From Candidatus Latescibacterota bacterium (GTDB lineage: Bacteria; Latescibacterota; UBA2968): DNA of 64,000 bases. The stretch covers positions 4,000,001-4,064,000 of the forward strand of contig OZ242195.1 in NCBI GenBank assembly GCA_965205975.1, read 5' to 3'. How positions within the stretch are numbered: position 1 is the stretch's first letter; each line of letters starts with the position of its first letter. Shown here piece after piece: positions 1 to 9,604 of the stretch. Under the pieces are notes generated by a model. It ran no database searches. It was not told the DNA's origin and was given only the letters and a program-made list of their open reading frames with translations. The translations under genes and the position numbers were made by a program.

Positions 1-1116
1 ACACCGCACGCACAGCCCCTCTGGAACCAGCGATTTCAAGCTCGCCGCAGAAATAGCTTTGGGATGCGCCGACTGAGTCAAAACAACCTCGGCGGCCAGA
101 GGCGCAAGTGCCTGCAAAATACCTCGTGCATCGTGTCCTTTATTAACACCCACCACAAAACGCCACTTATTCGATAGAACTTGCAAATCGCGCACCAAAG
201 CGCGAACCGCATCCGGATTGTGGGCACCATCTAAAATCAAAGGAGGCGTCTTCCGAATCACCTCAAATCGCCCGGGCAAAGAACCATTCAAAATCACATC
301 CCGCACCCGTTCATCCGGCAACACCATCCCGCACCCATCTACAATATGACGCGCCACACCAACCGACAGCGCGGCATTTTTCCGAAACGCAACCGATCGA
401 TCCGCCATATCGTCCATTTCCTCATCGACCACCTGCAACGCCGCACCCCGACGCACACATTCCCTTTCCAACAACTTCAAAATCTCGGCTGCCTGCCCTG
501 ACCCCGTAAACAGCGGCCTTCCCGATCGCGCAATATGTACCTTATCCGCCGCAATCTCACACAGCGTATTGCCCAACACATCCACATGATCCAGATGAAC
601 AGCCGTCAACACAGCAACTTTTGAATCCCATGCATTGGTCGCGTCAAATTGCCCACCCAGTCCCACTTCAAAAACAGCCCAATCCACATTCGCCCGCGCA
701 AAATGATGAGCCGCCAAAACCGTGAGCGCCTCAAACTTGCTAAACGCGCCCCAGCCTTCGCGCTCAAAATCGCGGCTCTTTTCGTAAAAATGCGCAACAC
801 CTTCGGCCCACACATCACGCCTGATAATCTCGCCATCAACACATATCCGCTCGCGCACCGTATGCAAATGCGGCGACGTATAAAGCCCCACGCGAAAACC
901 CGCTGCCCGCAATAACTCCGCCAGCAAATAACTCACCGTACCTTTGCCATTTGTACCCCCCACAATAACAGAGTCAAACCGCGCCTGGGGATTATCCATG
1001 CGGTGCAACAGCGCGCGCACACGCGGCAAATAATTTTTCAGCGCACCCTCTACCGGCTCACCCATCTCCCAATCGGGCAACGTATTGAGAAACCGATTGC
1101 TTCGAAAATAATTCAT
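1..1116 (-). CDS. folC: Folylpolyglutamate synthase/dihydrofolate synthase (partial, runs off window start)
   Basis: Not in the ORF track. Manual translation from ATG at 1116 gives MNYFRSNRFLNTLPDWE...VIVGGTNGKGTVS (Mur-ligase P-loop) and LILDGAHNPDAV near 205-240. Confidence 0.85.
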   Translation of the reverse strand, partial: MNYFRSNRFLNTLPDWEMGEPVEGALKNYLPRVRALLHRMDNPQARFDSVIVGGTNGKGTVSYLLAELLRAAGFRVGLYTSPHLHTVRERICVDGEIIRRDVWAEGVAHFYEKSRDFEREGWGAFSKFEALTVLAAHHFARANVDWAVFEVGLGGQFDATNAWDSKVAVLTAVHLDHVDVLGNTLCEIAADKVHIARSGRPLFTGSGQAAEILKLLERECVRRGAALQVVDEEMDDMADRSVAFRKNAALSVGVARHIVDGCGMVLPDERVRDVILNGSLPGRFEVIRKTPPLILDGAHNPDAVRALVRDLQVLSNKWRFVVGVNKGHDARGILQALAPLAAEVVLTQSAHPKAISAASLKSLVPEGLCVRC

Positions 1117-1149
1117 CTTTACCTTTCGAATTAATGCATATTATGTAAC

Positions 1150-1173
1150 GGGCAGGCACGGGGACCCGCCCCT
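1150..1173. repeat. REP-like palindrome (GTAG-family type)
   Basis: GGGCAGGCACGGGGACCCGCCCCT imperfect hairpin; resembles the copies at 63930-63998. Confidence 0.5.
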
Positions 1174-1187
1174 TTTCCGAGGAACCG

Positions 1188-2441
1188 ATGGAACGCATTG
1201 TCGATCCAAAATACCGCTTCGCTTTCTCCTTTAAAACCGACCGACCATACTACCGCAAGTGCTATTGGGAAAATCTCTATGTCTTCACCTATGGCGCAGA
1301 TCGCGTAATCGTTGCAACGCGCGTAGTTCCCTTCACCTCACTACACGAAGCGCTCTACACCGCCTTCAAAGGACAGCGGGGCAACACCCTCACACAGCAT
1401 CTGTTGCCCGAAGCAATACAACAACCCCATCTCAATGTATTCAAAAACGAATCTCAAGTTCAAATCTTTGCAGACAACATCTCTGCCCTCGTGCCCGAAC
1501 AGAACACAGAACTCCCCGAAGAACTCATAGAAAAAACAGAAGCGGAAATAGAAGAAGCCGCTTCTCGAATCATGATCAGACAGGGCATAGAAGGCGGGCT
1601 TGGTAGCTTTGCCTCAGGAGAAACCACGCCTTTTCTCGCCAGCGACGACCCCGATGAACCAACCCGGTCCATCGTGCGGGAAGACGACGAAGACGCCGCA
1701 CTGATCCAGATGAGCGTACAAATCGACGCCGCCATCAAAAAACACATACGCGAATCGGGCGAAGGCGCATTCGACATCGCTGCGCGACTATACACAAACC
1801 CCCGTTACCTCGGCTTTGTGCGTCGTCTCATCAACGCCAAAGGCAGTTATACCTCGCCCGTTGTCCGGGACTTTCTCAAATTTTATGCGCGATGCTTCAA
1901 CATCAAAATCTCCGAACATCTTCGACAGAGCAAAGACGACCCCGACATCTTGCACCAGCGCATTGAAAGCCTATTGGGCCGCGAAAAAGGCGGAAGCTAT
2001 CACTACCTCAACTATCACGACCTCACCATATTGGGACGCGTTGTCAAAGGCGAACTCGAACCCGACCCGGACGACCCCGACAAGACCACACACTGCTTCA
2101 AACTATCCAACACCATTGACGCACAAACCCTTCGCCTATCCGAAATTCACGACCCGGTGCAGCGATTCGCAATCCGCAAATTCGTCGAACACACCTTCAA
2201 TGCCCGCCACAACATCAAAAATATTCAATACATCGACGAAATCTCTCGGCGAAAAATCCCCTTCGTCCAGCACCTTCCCGACCCCATCGAACGCGCTTTG
2301 CGCTCGGGCATCGAAACACTCGAAAACTATCTCGATCGCCTCGAACCTCAGATGCTCCAAATCGCCATCGGCGCCCTTCTCCTATCACTACTCGGCGTCG
2401 TTGCCCTCGCCCTGGGCGCATTTATCGGCCTGGCAAGATGA
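1188..2441 (+). CDS. Hypothetical protein with C-terminal transmembrane anchor
   Basis: 417-aa ORF with RBS GAGGA and host-like codon usage; hydrophobic C-terminus IAIGALLLSLLGVVALALGAFIGL; no family recognised. Confidence 0.75.
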   Translation: MERIVDPKYRFAFSFKTDRPYYRKCYWENLYVFTYGADRVIVATRVVPFTSLHEALYTAFKGQRGNTLTQHLLPEAIQQPHLNVFKNESQVQIFADNISALVPEQNTELPEELIEKTEAEIEEAASRIMIRQGIEGGLGSFASGETTPFLASDDPDEPTRSIVREDDEDAALIQMSVQIDAAIKKHIRESGEGAFDIAARLYTNPRYLGFVRRLINAKGSYTSPVVRDFLKFYARCFNIKISEHLRQSKDDPDILHQRIESLLGREKGGSYHYLNYHDLTILGRVVKGELEPDPDDPDKTTHCFKLSNTIDAQTLRLSEIHDPVQRFAIRKFVEHTFNARHNIKNIQYIDEISRRKIPFVQHLPDPIERALRSGIETLENYLDRLEPQMLQIAIGALLLSLLGVVALALGAFIGLAR

Positions 2442-2444
2442 AAA

Positions 2445-2531
2445 GGACGAAAAATTTTTCGCCCCTACCCTCTCGCGTCTTGTATCTTACCTTTTATCGG
2501 TGTTTATCTGCGTTCATCTGCGGATCACACT
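2445..2531. repeat. Composite repeat: REP-like hairpin plus ATCTGCG decamer repeats
   Basis: GGACGAAAAATTTTTCGCCCCTAC, then ATCGGTGTTT-ATCTGCGTTC-ATCTGCGGATCACACT; same layout at 4439-4509. Confidence 0.75.
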
Positions 2532-4403
2532 CGCCACTGTCGGACCGAGCCCCTGTTTCAAAAAGCGAACAAAAACATCCACATCGCGCGTCATCCCAGG
2601 AAAATGTGCAATCTCTTTTCCCTCGGGTGTCATAATAGCGTATAAAGGCAGTGCAACCGTACCAAAATTAGCCTCCTGCAAATCGCGATTGCGCTTGTAC
2701 TTTTCCCCCCGCCCATCTGTGTACAACTGAACCCGTACAAACTGCTTTAACAATGCATGCACCTCCTTTTCGGGAAAAATATTCGCCTCCATCCAGCGGC
2801 AATTCGTACACGCATAGCCCGTAAAATCGATAAATACCGGTTTGCCCGCCGCCTTTGCCTCTGCCAAACCCGCCTCGTAATCATCGCGCCAGGTCAGTTC
2901 GGGTTCACCGCTCCTTATCTTGGCAATTTCGCCATAACTGCCATAAGGCGGGAAAAATGCGTCCCACTCGCCCAGGGGCGCGCCAAAAAGACCCGTCATC
3001 AAATACAGCCCAAAAGCCAAACATCCACTACTCGCCAGCAAACGCAACGGACCAATCGTATCGAGCACAGAATCGTGCGGCAATCGGATTTTTCCCAACA
3101 AATAAAAACCACACAGCAAAAATATCGCAATCCACCCCGCAATAAAGACCTCGCGCGAAATAATACCCCACTGCCACACCAGATCGACATTGCTCAAAAA
3201 TTTCAACGCAGCGGCCAATTCCAAAAACCCCATTACCACCTTCACGGAATTTAACCAGCCACCGCTTTGGGGCAGAGAAGAAAGCGCCTGCGGAAAAAGT
3301 GCCAAAAAGAAAAACGGAGAGGCAAAAGCAGCCGAAAATACCAGCATGCCCAAAATGGGCCACGCCCACGTTCCCTGAGCCGTCAGCACCAGCAACGTCC
3401 CCACAAAAGGCGCAGTACACGTAAACGACGTAAGAGAAAACGTGAACCCCATAATTAAAATCGCGCCATAACTTCCACCCTGAACCTGATTCAACTTATT
3501 GAGCAAACCGTAAGGCAATCGAATCTCAAACAGCCCAAACAATGCCAGCGCAAAAGCCACAAAAATCGCAGTAATCAACAAATTGACCCAGGGATTGGCC
3601 GCAAACAGAGCCGCACCAGACGCGCCCAGAGTCGCCGCCAACACCATACCCAACCCGGTAAACGTAAAAATAATACCCCCGCAATAAACCAGCGACTTGG
3701 TAACAGACTCCCTCCGGCTCTGCGTTTCCTGCTTGGTAAAAAACGACACTGTAATGGGAATCATCGGAAACACACAGGGCGTGAGCAAAGCCAGAAAACC
3801 CATCCACAAAGACAGGTACAAAAACGCGCTCAAACCCTCTGTAATCGCACGCTCAACATCGGCTACGCTACCCGTGCCATCCAGAGGTACAGCGGGCGCT
3901 TCAACAGAAGAAAACACATACTCAGCCCGCGCAGGTCCCGCTTCCACCATCACGGGAACCTCAAAAGTGTACGTATTGGGCGGCAAACACTGCGTCGCAT
4001 TGCAAAGCATATAGATCACTTCACCCGACAACACCCGCTCGCCCGGCCTCCCCTCACCCACCTCTGCCCGCACCTCAAACCGCACTTTGGGGTGGTAATA
4101 TTCCACATTCATCTCAAAATTTGGATCGTATTCCACAATAGGCTTTGGCTGAATTACCGCCCCCACTTGCCGAAACCCCGCGCCCGACAACACAATCTCC
4201 GTGGGATAGGGACCACCCGGCGGTGTGGTCGCCGAATAAATATGCCAATCATCGGAAAGATCGACATCGATCCAAACCGCAACAGCCTCCCCAACGCGCG
4301 CCGTTTTTGGCTCCACCATCACGCCAAACGAAGCCTCATTCTGGGCCAATGCGGCACTGCTCTGAAGCACCATTAAAACACATACCGCGACAAAAATCCG
4401 CAT
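2514..4403 (-). CDS. dsbD: Thiol:disulfide interchange protein DsbD
   Basis: Signal peptide, N-domain CNATQCLPP, TM-domain LLTPCVFPMIP and FTCTAPF, thioredoxin domain CTNC. Confidence 0.93.
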   Translation of the reverse strand: MRIFVAVCVLMVLQSSAALAQNEASFGVMVEPKTARVGEAVAVWIDVDLSDDWHIYSATTPPGGPYPTEIVLSGAGFRQVGAVIQPKPIVEYDPNFEMNVEYYHPKVRFEVRAEVGEGRPGERVLSGEVIYMLCNATQCLPPNTYTFEVPVMVEAGPARAEYVFSSVEAPAVPLDGTGSVADVERAITEGLSAFLYLSLWMGFLALLTPCVFPMIPITVSFFTKQETQSRRESVTKSLVYCGGIIFTFTGLGMVLAATLGASGAALFAANPWVNLLITAIFVAFALALFGLFEIRLPYGLLNKLNQVQGGSYGAILIMGFTFSLTSFTCTAPFVGTLLVLTAQGTWAWPILGMLVFSAAFASPFFFLALFPQALSSLPQSGGWLNSVKVVMGFLELAAALKFLSNVDLVWQWGIISREVFIAGWIAIFLLCGFYLLGKIRLPHDSVLDTIGPLRLLASSGCLAFGLYLMTGLFGAPLGEWDAFFPPYGSYGEIAKIRSGEPELTWRDDYEAGLAEAKAAGKPVFIDFTGYACTNCRWMEANIFPEKEVHALLKQFVRVQLYTDGRGEKYKRNRDLQEANFGTVALPLYAIMTPEGKEIAHFPGMTRDVDVFVRFLKQGLGPTVASVIRR

Positions 4404-4438
4404 ATCGATCTCCCTTCACATTCATCTGTGTTCATATC

Positions 4439-4509
4439 GGGCGAAAATTTTTCGCCCCTACGTATCTGCGTCCATCTGCGTCCATCTGCGTCCATCTGCG
4501 GATCACACT
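4439..4509. repeat. Composite repeat: REP-like hairpin plus 4x ATCTGCG(TCC) decamer
   Basis: GGGCGAAAATTTTTCGCCCCTAC, then ATCTGCG at 4464, 4474, 4484 and 4494, ending GGATCACACT. Confidence 0.8.
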
Positions 4510-4510
4510 T

Positions 4511-7500
4511 CTAACGCCTCTTAATAACCAGAAGCGTCACATCATCTGTCTGTGCCGCCGACGCGCGAAATTCGACCAGATCATCGATCACCGTATCGAT
4601 CAAAACATCGGCACTTGCGCCCGCGTGTTCTTTCAGCAAAACCTCCAGCCGCGCCTCCTCGTAAAACTCTCCCGCGGCATTTTGCATATCCGTCACCCCA
4701 TCGCTATAGAGCACCAGCATATCGCCAAAATCCAAAAACGCACGCGCCTCTTTAGGCTCGGTATCCACCTCGGGCGGCAACGTCATACCCAGAGGCACAG
4801 ACATCAATTCTATCATCTGCAAATCACCACCCACAGACACTCGATAGGGATAGGGATGCCCGGAATTGGCCAAAACGATCTCCCCGGTCTCTAAATCCAG
4901 CGTCCCCAAACAGCACGTCACAAAACTCGCCGCATCAAATTGCTCTTGCAAAACAACATTCAAATTCCGCAACACATCTATCGGCGTCTGTGCCGCGCGC
5001 ACCTCATAGTGCAACATCCCGCTCAATTGCATAGCCCGCACAGCACCCTGCATCGCCTTACCCGACACATCTGCGGCTCCAAACCCCAGTATTTTCCGAT
5101 CGTCGTCCAACCAGAAATATGTAAAATAATCACCACCGACGTGATTGGCCGGCAAACATCTGCCCACCACCTCAAACCCCTTTTCGCGCACGGGATCTCG
5201 GGGCAACAGACCCATCTGCATATCGTGGGCTTCCTGGAGTTCCGTCTCCAACTCATCGATCAACTGCGTCTGTGCTATGCGCCAGCGCCTGTGCTTTTGA
5301 AACGCATATCCCGTCGTAACCAGCACGATGAGCAACGAAACACCACTCAACCCCACAAACCAGGGCCGTTGCCACACAGGCGCCAGCACCTCAAACACCT
5401 GCACAGCGGGGGTCTTATCCACATTAAAAGCCAGATCCATAGCGCGTACTTCAAATTTGTGAACACCCGCGTCCAGATCCTCCAACAAAACCCGGTTATC
5501 GCGCGAAAAAGAAGACCACGCTCCCACATCGAGCCGCCATGAATATTGCAATGATCCATCTGGCGTCTGCTTCCACACATCCTGCCCTGAAAATTCAAAC
5601 AACGCATTTTGATACGGCGCAATTTGAACTGGCGGAGCCAAAAGAAGTGTCTCGGGCGCATCGCCATCGGGATCATAACAGCCCAACCCATCAGACGTCG
5701 CAAACCACAACTGACCATCGGCATCTTGCGCCACATCCCAAACCTGTGTACTCGGCAACCCCTCTTGAATCGTATAGCGCACCCAGGCAAACCCATCGGT
5801 GTGAATCGCGCCATCAATCGACGAAGCCAACCACACCTTGCCATCATTGGAGGGAAATATCCGACTCACCCCATTAAACTGCGCCTCATCTGCGCCCGGC
5901 ACGCGCCGCCACCTCTGCCCATTGAAATGCGCCACACCCTCGAGCGGTGAGCTAATCCATATCTGTCCACCAATATCTTCGGCAACCACAGTAATCGGTC
6001 CACCGGGTATCCCATCAGCAGCGGTGTATTTGCGCTGCTCTCCATCCACCAGATGCATCACGCCATCCACCTGTCCCAGCCACAAACTGCCATCGCTCGC
6101 CTCGCAAATCGAAATGCCAGACCTCTCGGGATTGCTCTCTATCTGCGCCAGGCCCTCGGCAGTAGATAGAGCCGTCCAGACCTGTCCATCGAACCGATAA
6201 CTCCCTCCCGAGCGCGCAACTGCCCACACACCGCCATCTTGTGCAGGGCTTACAGATCGAAATCCCAATCCCATCTGGCGATCGGGCCTTATCACCTCCC
6301 ATACCTCGCCATCATAACGCAACAATTGAAACGGCGTTACAGCCCAGAGGTGTCCTTTTCCATCGACAAACAGATCAACCAATATCCCGCGCAAATCCCG
6401 CTCTAAATCGCGCGCCACATGCCAGGAACCCTGCTCAAATTTGTAAAGCGCATCATTGCCAACCCAGAGCTGACCACTTTCATCGAGCGCGAAAATCGAA
6501 GTACCGCGATCATCCATCCCCGGCCAGTTCCTGTGGTGCAACCATCCCGAAAGACCCAACCGCGCAACTCCACCGCGCGTACCCACCCAAATAGCCCCAT
6601 CCGCAGCAATACAGATATCGACCACATAGTTATTGGGCAATCCCTCGCGCTCTGTAAAAACTCGCCATTGTCCGCCCGCATCTCGAAAAGCCGCACCAGC
6701 TGGCGAACCAATCCACACCGTTCCATCTTGTGCAAAGCTAATCACCTGCACCCGATTAGAAGGCAACCCGTCCTCAGTTGTAAATGTTTCCCATCTCCCC
6801 GAATCATACCGCTTAAGCCCGCTCTCATTCGTGCCAAACCAGAGCGCGCCATCGTCACTTTGCGCCATCGCCAACACCGACACACTGGCCAAACTATCCA
6901 TATCTGCTACCGTTGTCCATTCGCCCGTATCCACATCCAATAATCCCATGCCCTGCGCAAACCCGCCCGGTCTTCCACCTCGCCCACCTCGCCCACCACG
7001 CCCACCCAGTTCACCTCGCCCTCTACCACCATCTGAACCGTCCGCCCCCCTAAAACCACCACGCCTACCTCTACCATCCGGTTCACCTCGCCCTCTACCA
7101 CCATCAGGACCCTCCGTCCCCCTAAAACCACCGCGCCTACCTCTGCCACCGGGTTCACCTCGCCCACCCCGTCCCATTCCAGGACCGAACAAAACATTGC
7201 CCCCTCGCCCCCCATAAGCGACCCACACTTTCCCATTTGCATCGGCCATCAAGCTCTGAACACCTTGAAGCGGCTGACCATCTAACATCACCAAATAAAG
7301 ATCTGCGCCATCAAAGCGCAACAAGTGACCTGCATCGGTCACCAGACAGGAGCGACCACCATCCAGCCCCAAAATCTGGCGCAAGCCTCCTCGCCCCCTC
7401 AATTCTTCTGGCAGATCAATCCCCCTCCATTCCTCGCCAAAAAAATAAGCCAGTCCCTGTCGTGCTTCACGACCAAAACCCCGCCCCACAGCAGCCCACA

Positions 7501-7786
7501 ATGCCCCATCGGGCGCGGCAACCAGATCCTGAATAGCATTTCCCGGCAACCCATCTTCAACCCCAAACTTCTCCCAGGAACGCCCATCATAGCGCGACAC
7601 CCCACCCAGCGTGGCAAACCACATCGCCCCATCAGGTGTCTGCACCACAGCCGTCACCACATTGTGCGCCAGCCCATCTTCTTGCCGAAAAGACGTCCAC
7701 ACCTGCCTGGCCTCGCCCGCAAAAACCTCGGCATTCAGGCAAAGAATGAGCATCCACATAAAAAACAAAACTTTTTGACCGCCCAT
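4511..7786 (-). CDS. Membrane sensor PP2C (SpoIIE/RsbU-type) phosphatase with periplasmic two-component-regulator beta-propeller and Y_Y_Y domain
   Basis: Signal peptide; repeated DGLPxNxV...DxxGxLWxGT blades; Y_Y_Y-like YSWRLD...FEVRAMD; PVWQRPWF plus TM helix; PP2C motifs VGGDYF, ADVSGK, YSDGVTD, DDVTLL. Confidence 0.9.
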   Translation of the reverse strand: MGGQKVLFFMWMLILCLNAEVFAGEARQVWTSFRQEDGLAHNVVTAVVQTPDGAMWFATLGGVSRYDGRSWEKFGVEDGLPGNAIQDLVAAPDGALWAAVGRGFGREARQGLAYFFGEEWRGIDLPEELRGRGGLRQILGLDGGRSCLVTDAGHLLRFDGADLYLVMLDGQPLQGVQSLMADANGKVWVAYGGRGGNVLFGPGMGRGGRGEPGGRGRRGGFRGTEGPDGGRGRGEPDGRGRRGGFRGADGSDGGRGRGELGGRGGRGGRGGRPGGFAQGMGLLDVDTGEWTTVADMDSLASVSVLAMAQSDDGALWFGTNESGLKRYDSGRWETFTTEDGLPSNRVQVISFAQDGTVWIGSPAGAAFRDAGGQWRVFTEREGLPNNYVVDICIAADGAIWVGTRGGVARLGLSGWLHHRNWPGMDDRGTSIFALDESGQLWVGNDALYKFEQGSWHVARDLERDLRGILVDLFVDGKGHLWAVTPFQLLRYDGEVWEVIRPDRQMGLGFRSVSPAQDGGVWAVARSGGSYRFDGQVWTALSTAEGLAQIESNPERSGISICEASDGSLWLGQVDGVMHLVDGEQRKYTAADGIPGGPITVVAEDIGGQIWISSPLEGVAHFNGQRWRRVPGADEAQFNGVSRIFPSNDGKVWLASSIDGAIHTDGFAWVRYTIQEGLPSTQVWDVAQDADGQLWFATSDGLGCYDPDGDAPETLLLAPPVQIAPYQNALFEFSGQDVWKQTPDGSLQYSWRLDVGAWSSFSRDNRVLLEDLDAGVHKFEVRAMDLAFNVDKTPAVQVFEVLAPVWQRPWFVGLSGVSLLIVLVTTGYAFQKHRRWRIAQTQLIDELETELQEAHDMQMGLLPRDPVREKGFEVVGRCLPANHVGGDYFTYFWLDDDRKILGFGAADVSGKAMQGAVRAMQLSGMLHYEVRAAQTPIDVLRNLNVVLQEQFDAASFVTCCLGTLDLETGEIVLANSGHPYPYRVSVGGDLQMIELMSVPLGMTLPPEVDTEPKEARAFLDFGDMLVLYSDGVTDMQNAAGEFYEEARLEVLLKEHAGASADVLIDTVIDDLVEFRASAAQTDDVTLLVIKRR
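7011..7165. repeat. 72-bp intragenic tandem repeat encoding an RGG-rich loop
   Basis: TCACCTCGCCC starts at 7011, 7083 and 7155 (period 72); encodes GRGEPxGRGRRGGFRGxxGxDGGR. Confidence 0.9.
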
Positions 7787-7923
7787 TTACTCTACTCCTT
7801 CAAAGTTCACATCGCAACATCCATATATAATACCAATCCTTGCACCCCCCACAAAGAATAAACGCCTGTGCCCGCCATTCGTCTCACTTGATATCTCACA
7901 TGCAATGTCCTATTTTATGCGGG

Positions 7924-7983
7924 CTGGATCGCGGCTAAAGCATGTCCCGTAGTGATTCTATACGGGACCATGCCGCGATGACG
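7924..7983. repeat. CTGGAT...ATGACG palindromic element with nested mini-palindrome
   Basis: CTGGATCGCGGCTAAAGCATG[TCCCGTAGTGATTCTATACGGGAC]CATGCCGCGATGACG. Confidence 0.85.
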
Positions 7984-8064
7984 AGTGCCTTTCGCGTCTC
8001 ACCTTCTTTCACTTCACCGTAAACTTGGACTTCGATCAATTGCACACCGTTCCACACCCCTCAC

Positions 8065-8097
8065 CTGGACCGCGGCTTTAAGCATGCCGCGATGACG
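8065..8097. repeat. CTGGAT...ATGACG palindromic element
   Basis: CTGGACCGCGGCTTTAAGCATGCCGCGATGACG; near-identical to the copies at 11102, 15115, 27413 and 57069. Confidence 0.9.
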
Positions 8098-8110
8098 GAT
8101 ATTACCATGT

Positions 8111-8177
8111 CACACTTCTAACTTCACACTTCTAACTTCACACTTCTAACTTCACACTTCTAACTTCACACTTCTAA
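8111..8177. repeat. 14-bp tandem repeat (CACACTTCTAACTT), 4 full units plus a partial
   Basis: Units start at 8111, 8125, 8139, 8153 and 8167; abuts the AAGGAG RBS of the sulfatase. Confidence 0.95.
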
Positions 8178-8188
8178 AGGAGTCTCTC

Positions 8189-9598
8189 TTGCCTACAGAC
8201 CGTCCCAACATTCTCTTTATCATGTCCGACGATCACGCCTCGCATGCCATGAGTTGCTACAACAGCCGCATCAACCAGACCCCCAACCTCGACCGCATTG
8301 CAAATGAAGGCATGCGCTTTGACAACTGCTTTTGCACCAACTCAATCTGCGCCCCCAGCCGAGCTGTAATCCTCACCGGCACATACAACCACATCAACGG
8401 CGTAACCACGCTGGCGACCCATCTCGACGGACAACAACTCACATTTCCCAAGTTATTCCAACAGGCGGGATATCAAACCGCCATGATCGGCAAATGGCAT
8501 CTCGGTCACGGCGGCATCCACGACCCCACCGGCTTTGACTACTGGAATGTCCTGCCCGGGCAGGGATTATACCACAACCCCGAAATGATAGAAATGGGCG
8601 AAGAAAAAGTCTATCAAGGCTATGTCACCGACATCATCACAGACTTATGCCTCGACTGGCTCAAAGCGCGGGACACAAACCGCCCTTTCATGCTCATGTA
8701 CCACCACAAAGCACCTCATCGCGCCTGGGAACCCGACGAAAAACACGCCCACATGTATGAAAACGAAGACATACCCGAACCCGAAACCTTCTGGGACGAC
8801 TACAGCAACCGCGCCAGTGCTGCCGAAGCCGCCCAAATGCGCGTTGACCGCGACATGAACAAAAATGACCTCAAGGGATTACCCCCTGAAGGTCTCTCAC
8901 TTGAAGAAGATAAAAAATGGAAATACCAGCGCTACATAAAAGACTATCTGCGCTGTGTGGCCTCTATCGACGACAATGTCGGGCGCATGCTCGACTATCT
9001 CGATGAAGAGGGCCTCACCGACAATACCATAGTCATTTACACATCTGACCAGGGCTTTTTCCTGGGCGATCACGGCTGGTATGACAAGCGTTTTATGTAC
9101 GAAGAATCTCTGCGCATGCCCTTCATCATCCGTTATCCCAAAGAAATCAAACCCGGCAGTATCAATACCGACATGATCCTCAACACCGACTTTGCCCCCA
9201 CCTTTCTCGATTACGCGGGCATTGACATCCCCGAAACCTTCCAGGGATCGAGCATTCGCCCCTTGCTCAACGGCGAAACACCAGAAAACTGGCAAACATC
9301 GATGTATTATCGCTACTGGATGCACCTTGCACACCACCATGTTTACGCCCATTACGGCGTGCGAACCCACCAGTACAAACTCATCTATTACTACGCCGAT
9401 GGCCTCAATCAAAAAGGATCAATCGAAGATACCAAAGAACCCGAATGGGAACTCTTCGACCTCGAAAAAGACCCTTATGAACTCAACAGCGTGTACGACA
9501 ATCCCGAATACGCCGATATCGTGCGCGAACTCAAAGACGAACTCTATCGCCTTCAGGAAAAAGTACAAGACGAACGGTATGAGAAGGATGTGGATTAA
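8189..9598 (+). CDS. Sulfatase (formylglycine-dependent, S1)
   Basis: [23 protein letters not shown] (CxPxR), GKWHLG, YTSDQG; TTG start after AAGGAG. Confidence 0.95.
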   Translation: MPTDRPNILFIMSDDHASHAMSCYNSRINQTPNLDRIANEGMRFDNCFCTNSICAPSRAVILTGTYNHINGVTTLATHLDGQQLTFPKLFQQAGYQTAMIGKWHLGHGGIHDPTGFDYWNVLPGQGLYHNPEMIEMGEEKVYQGYVTDIITDLCLDWLKARDTNRPFMLMYHHKAPHRAWEPDEKHAHMYENEDIPEPETFWDDYSNRASAAEAAQMRVDRDMNKNDLKGLPPEGLSLEEDKKWKYQRYIKDYLRCVASIDDNVGRMLDYLDEEGLTDNTIVIYTSDQGFFLGDHGWYDKRFMYEESLRMPFIIRYPKEIKPGSINTDMILNTDFAPTFLDYAGIDIPETFQGSSIRPLLNGETPENWQTSMYYRYWMHLAHHHVYAHYGVRTHQYKLIYYYADGLNQKGSIEDTKEPEWELFDLEKDPYELNSVYDNPEYADIVRELKDELYRLQEKVQDERYEKDVD

Positions 9599-9604
9599 TC
9601 ACTT

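Noticed and set aside
8111..8177. Possible CRISPR array at the tandem repeats (also 4464-4503 and 15172-15201)
   Set aside because: Units are contiguous with no unique spacers, and no cas genes are present.
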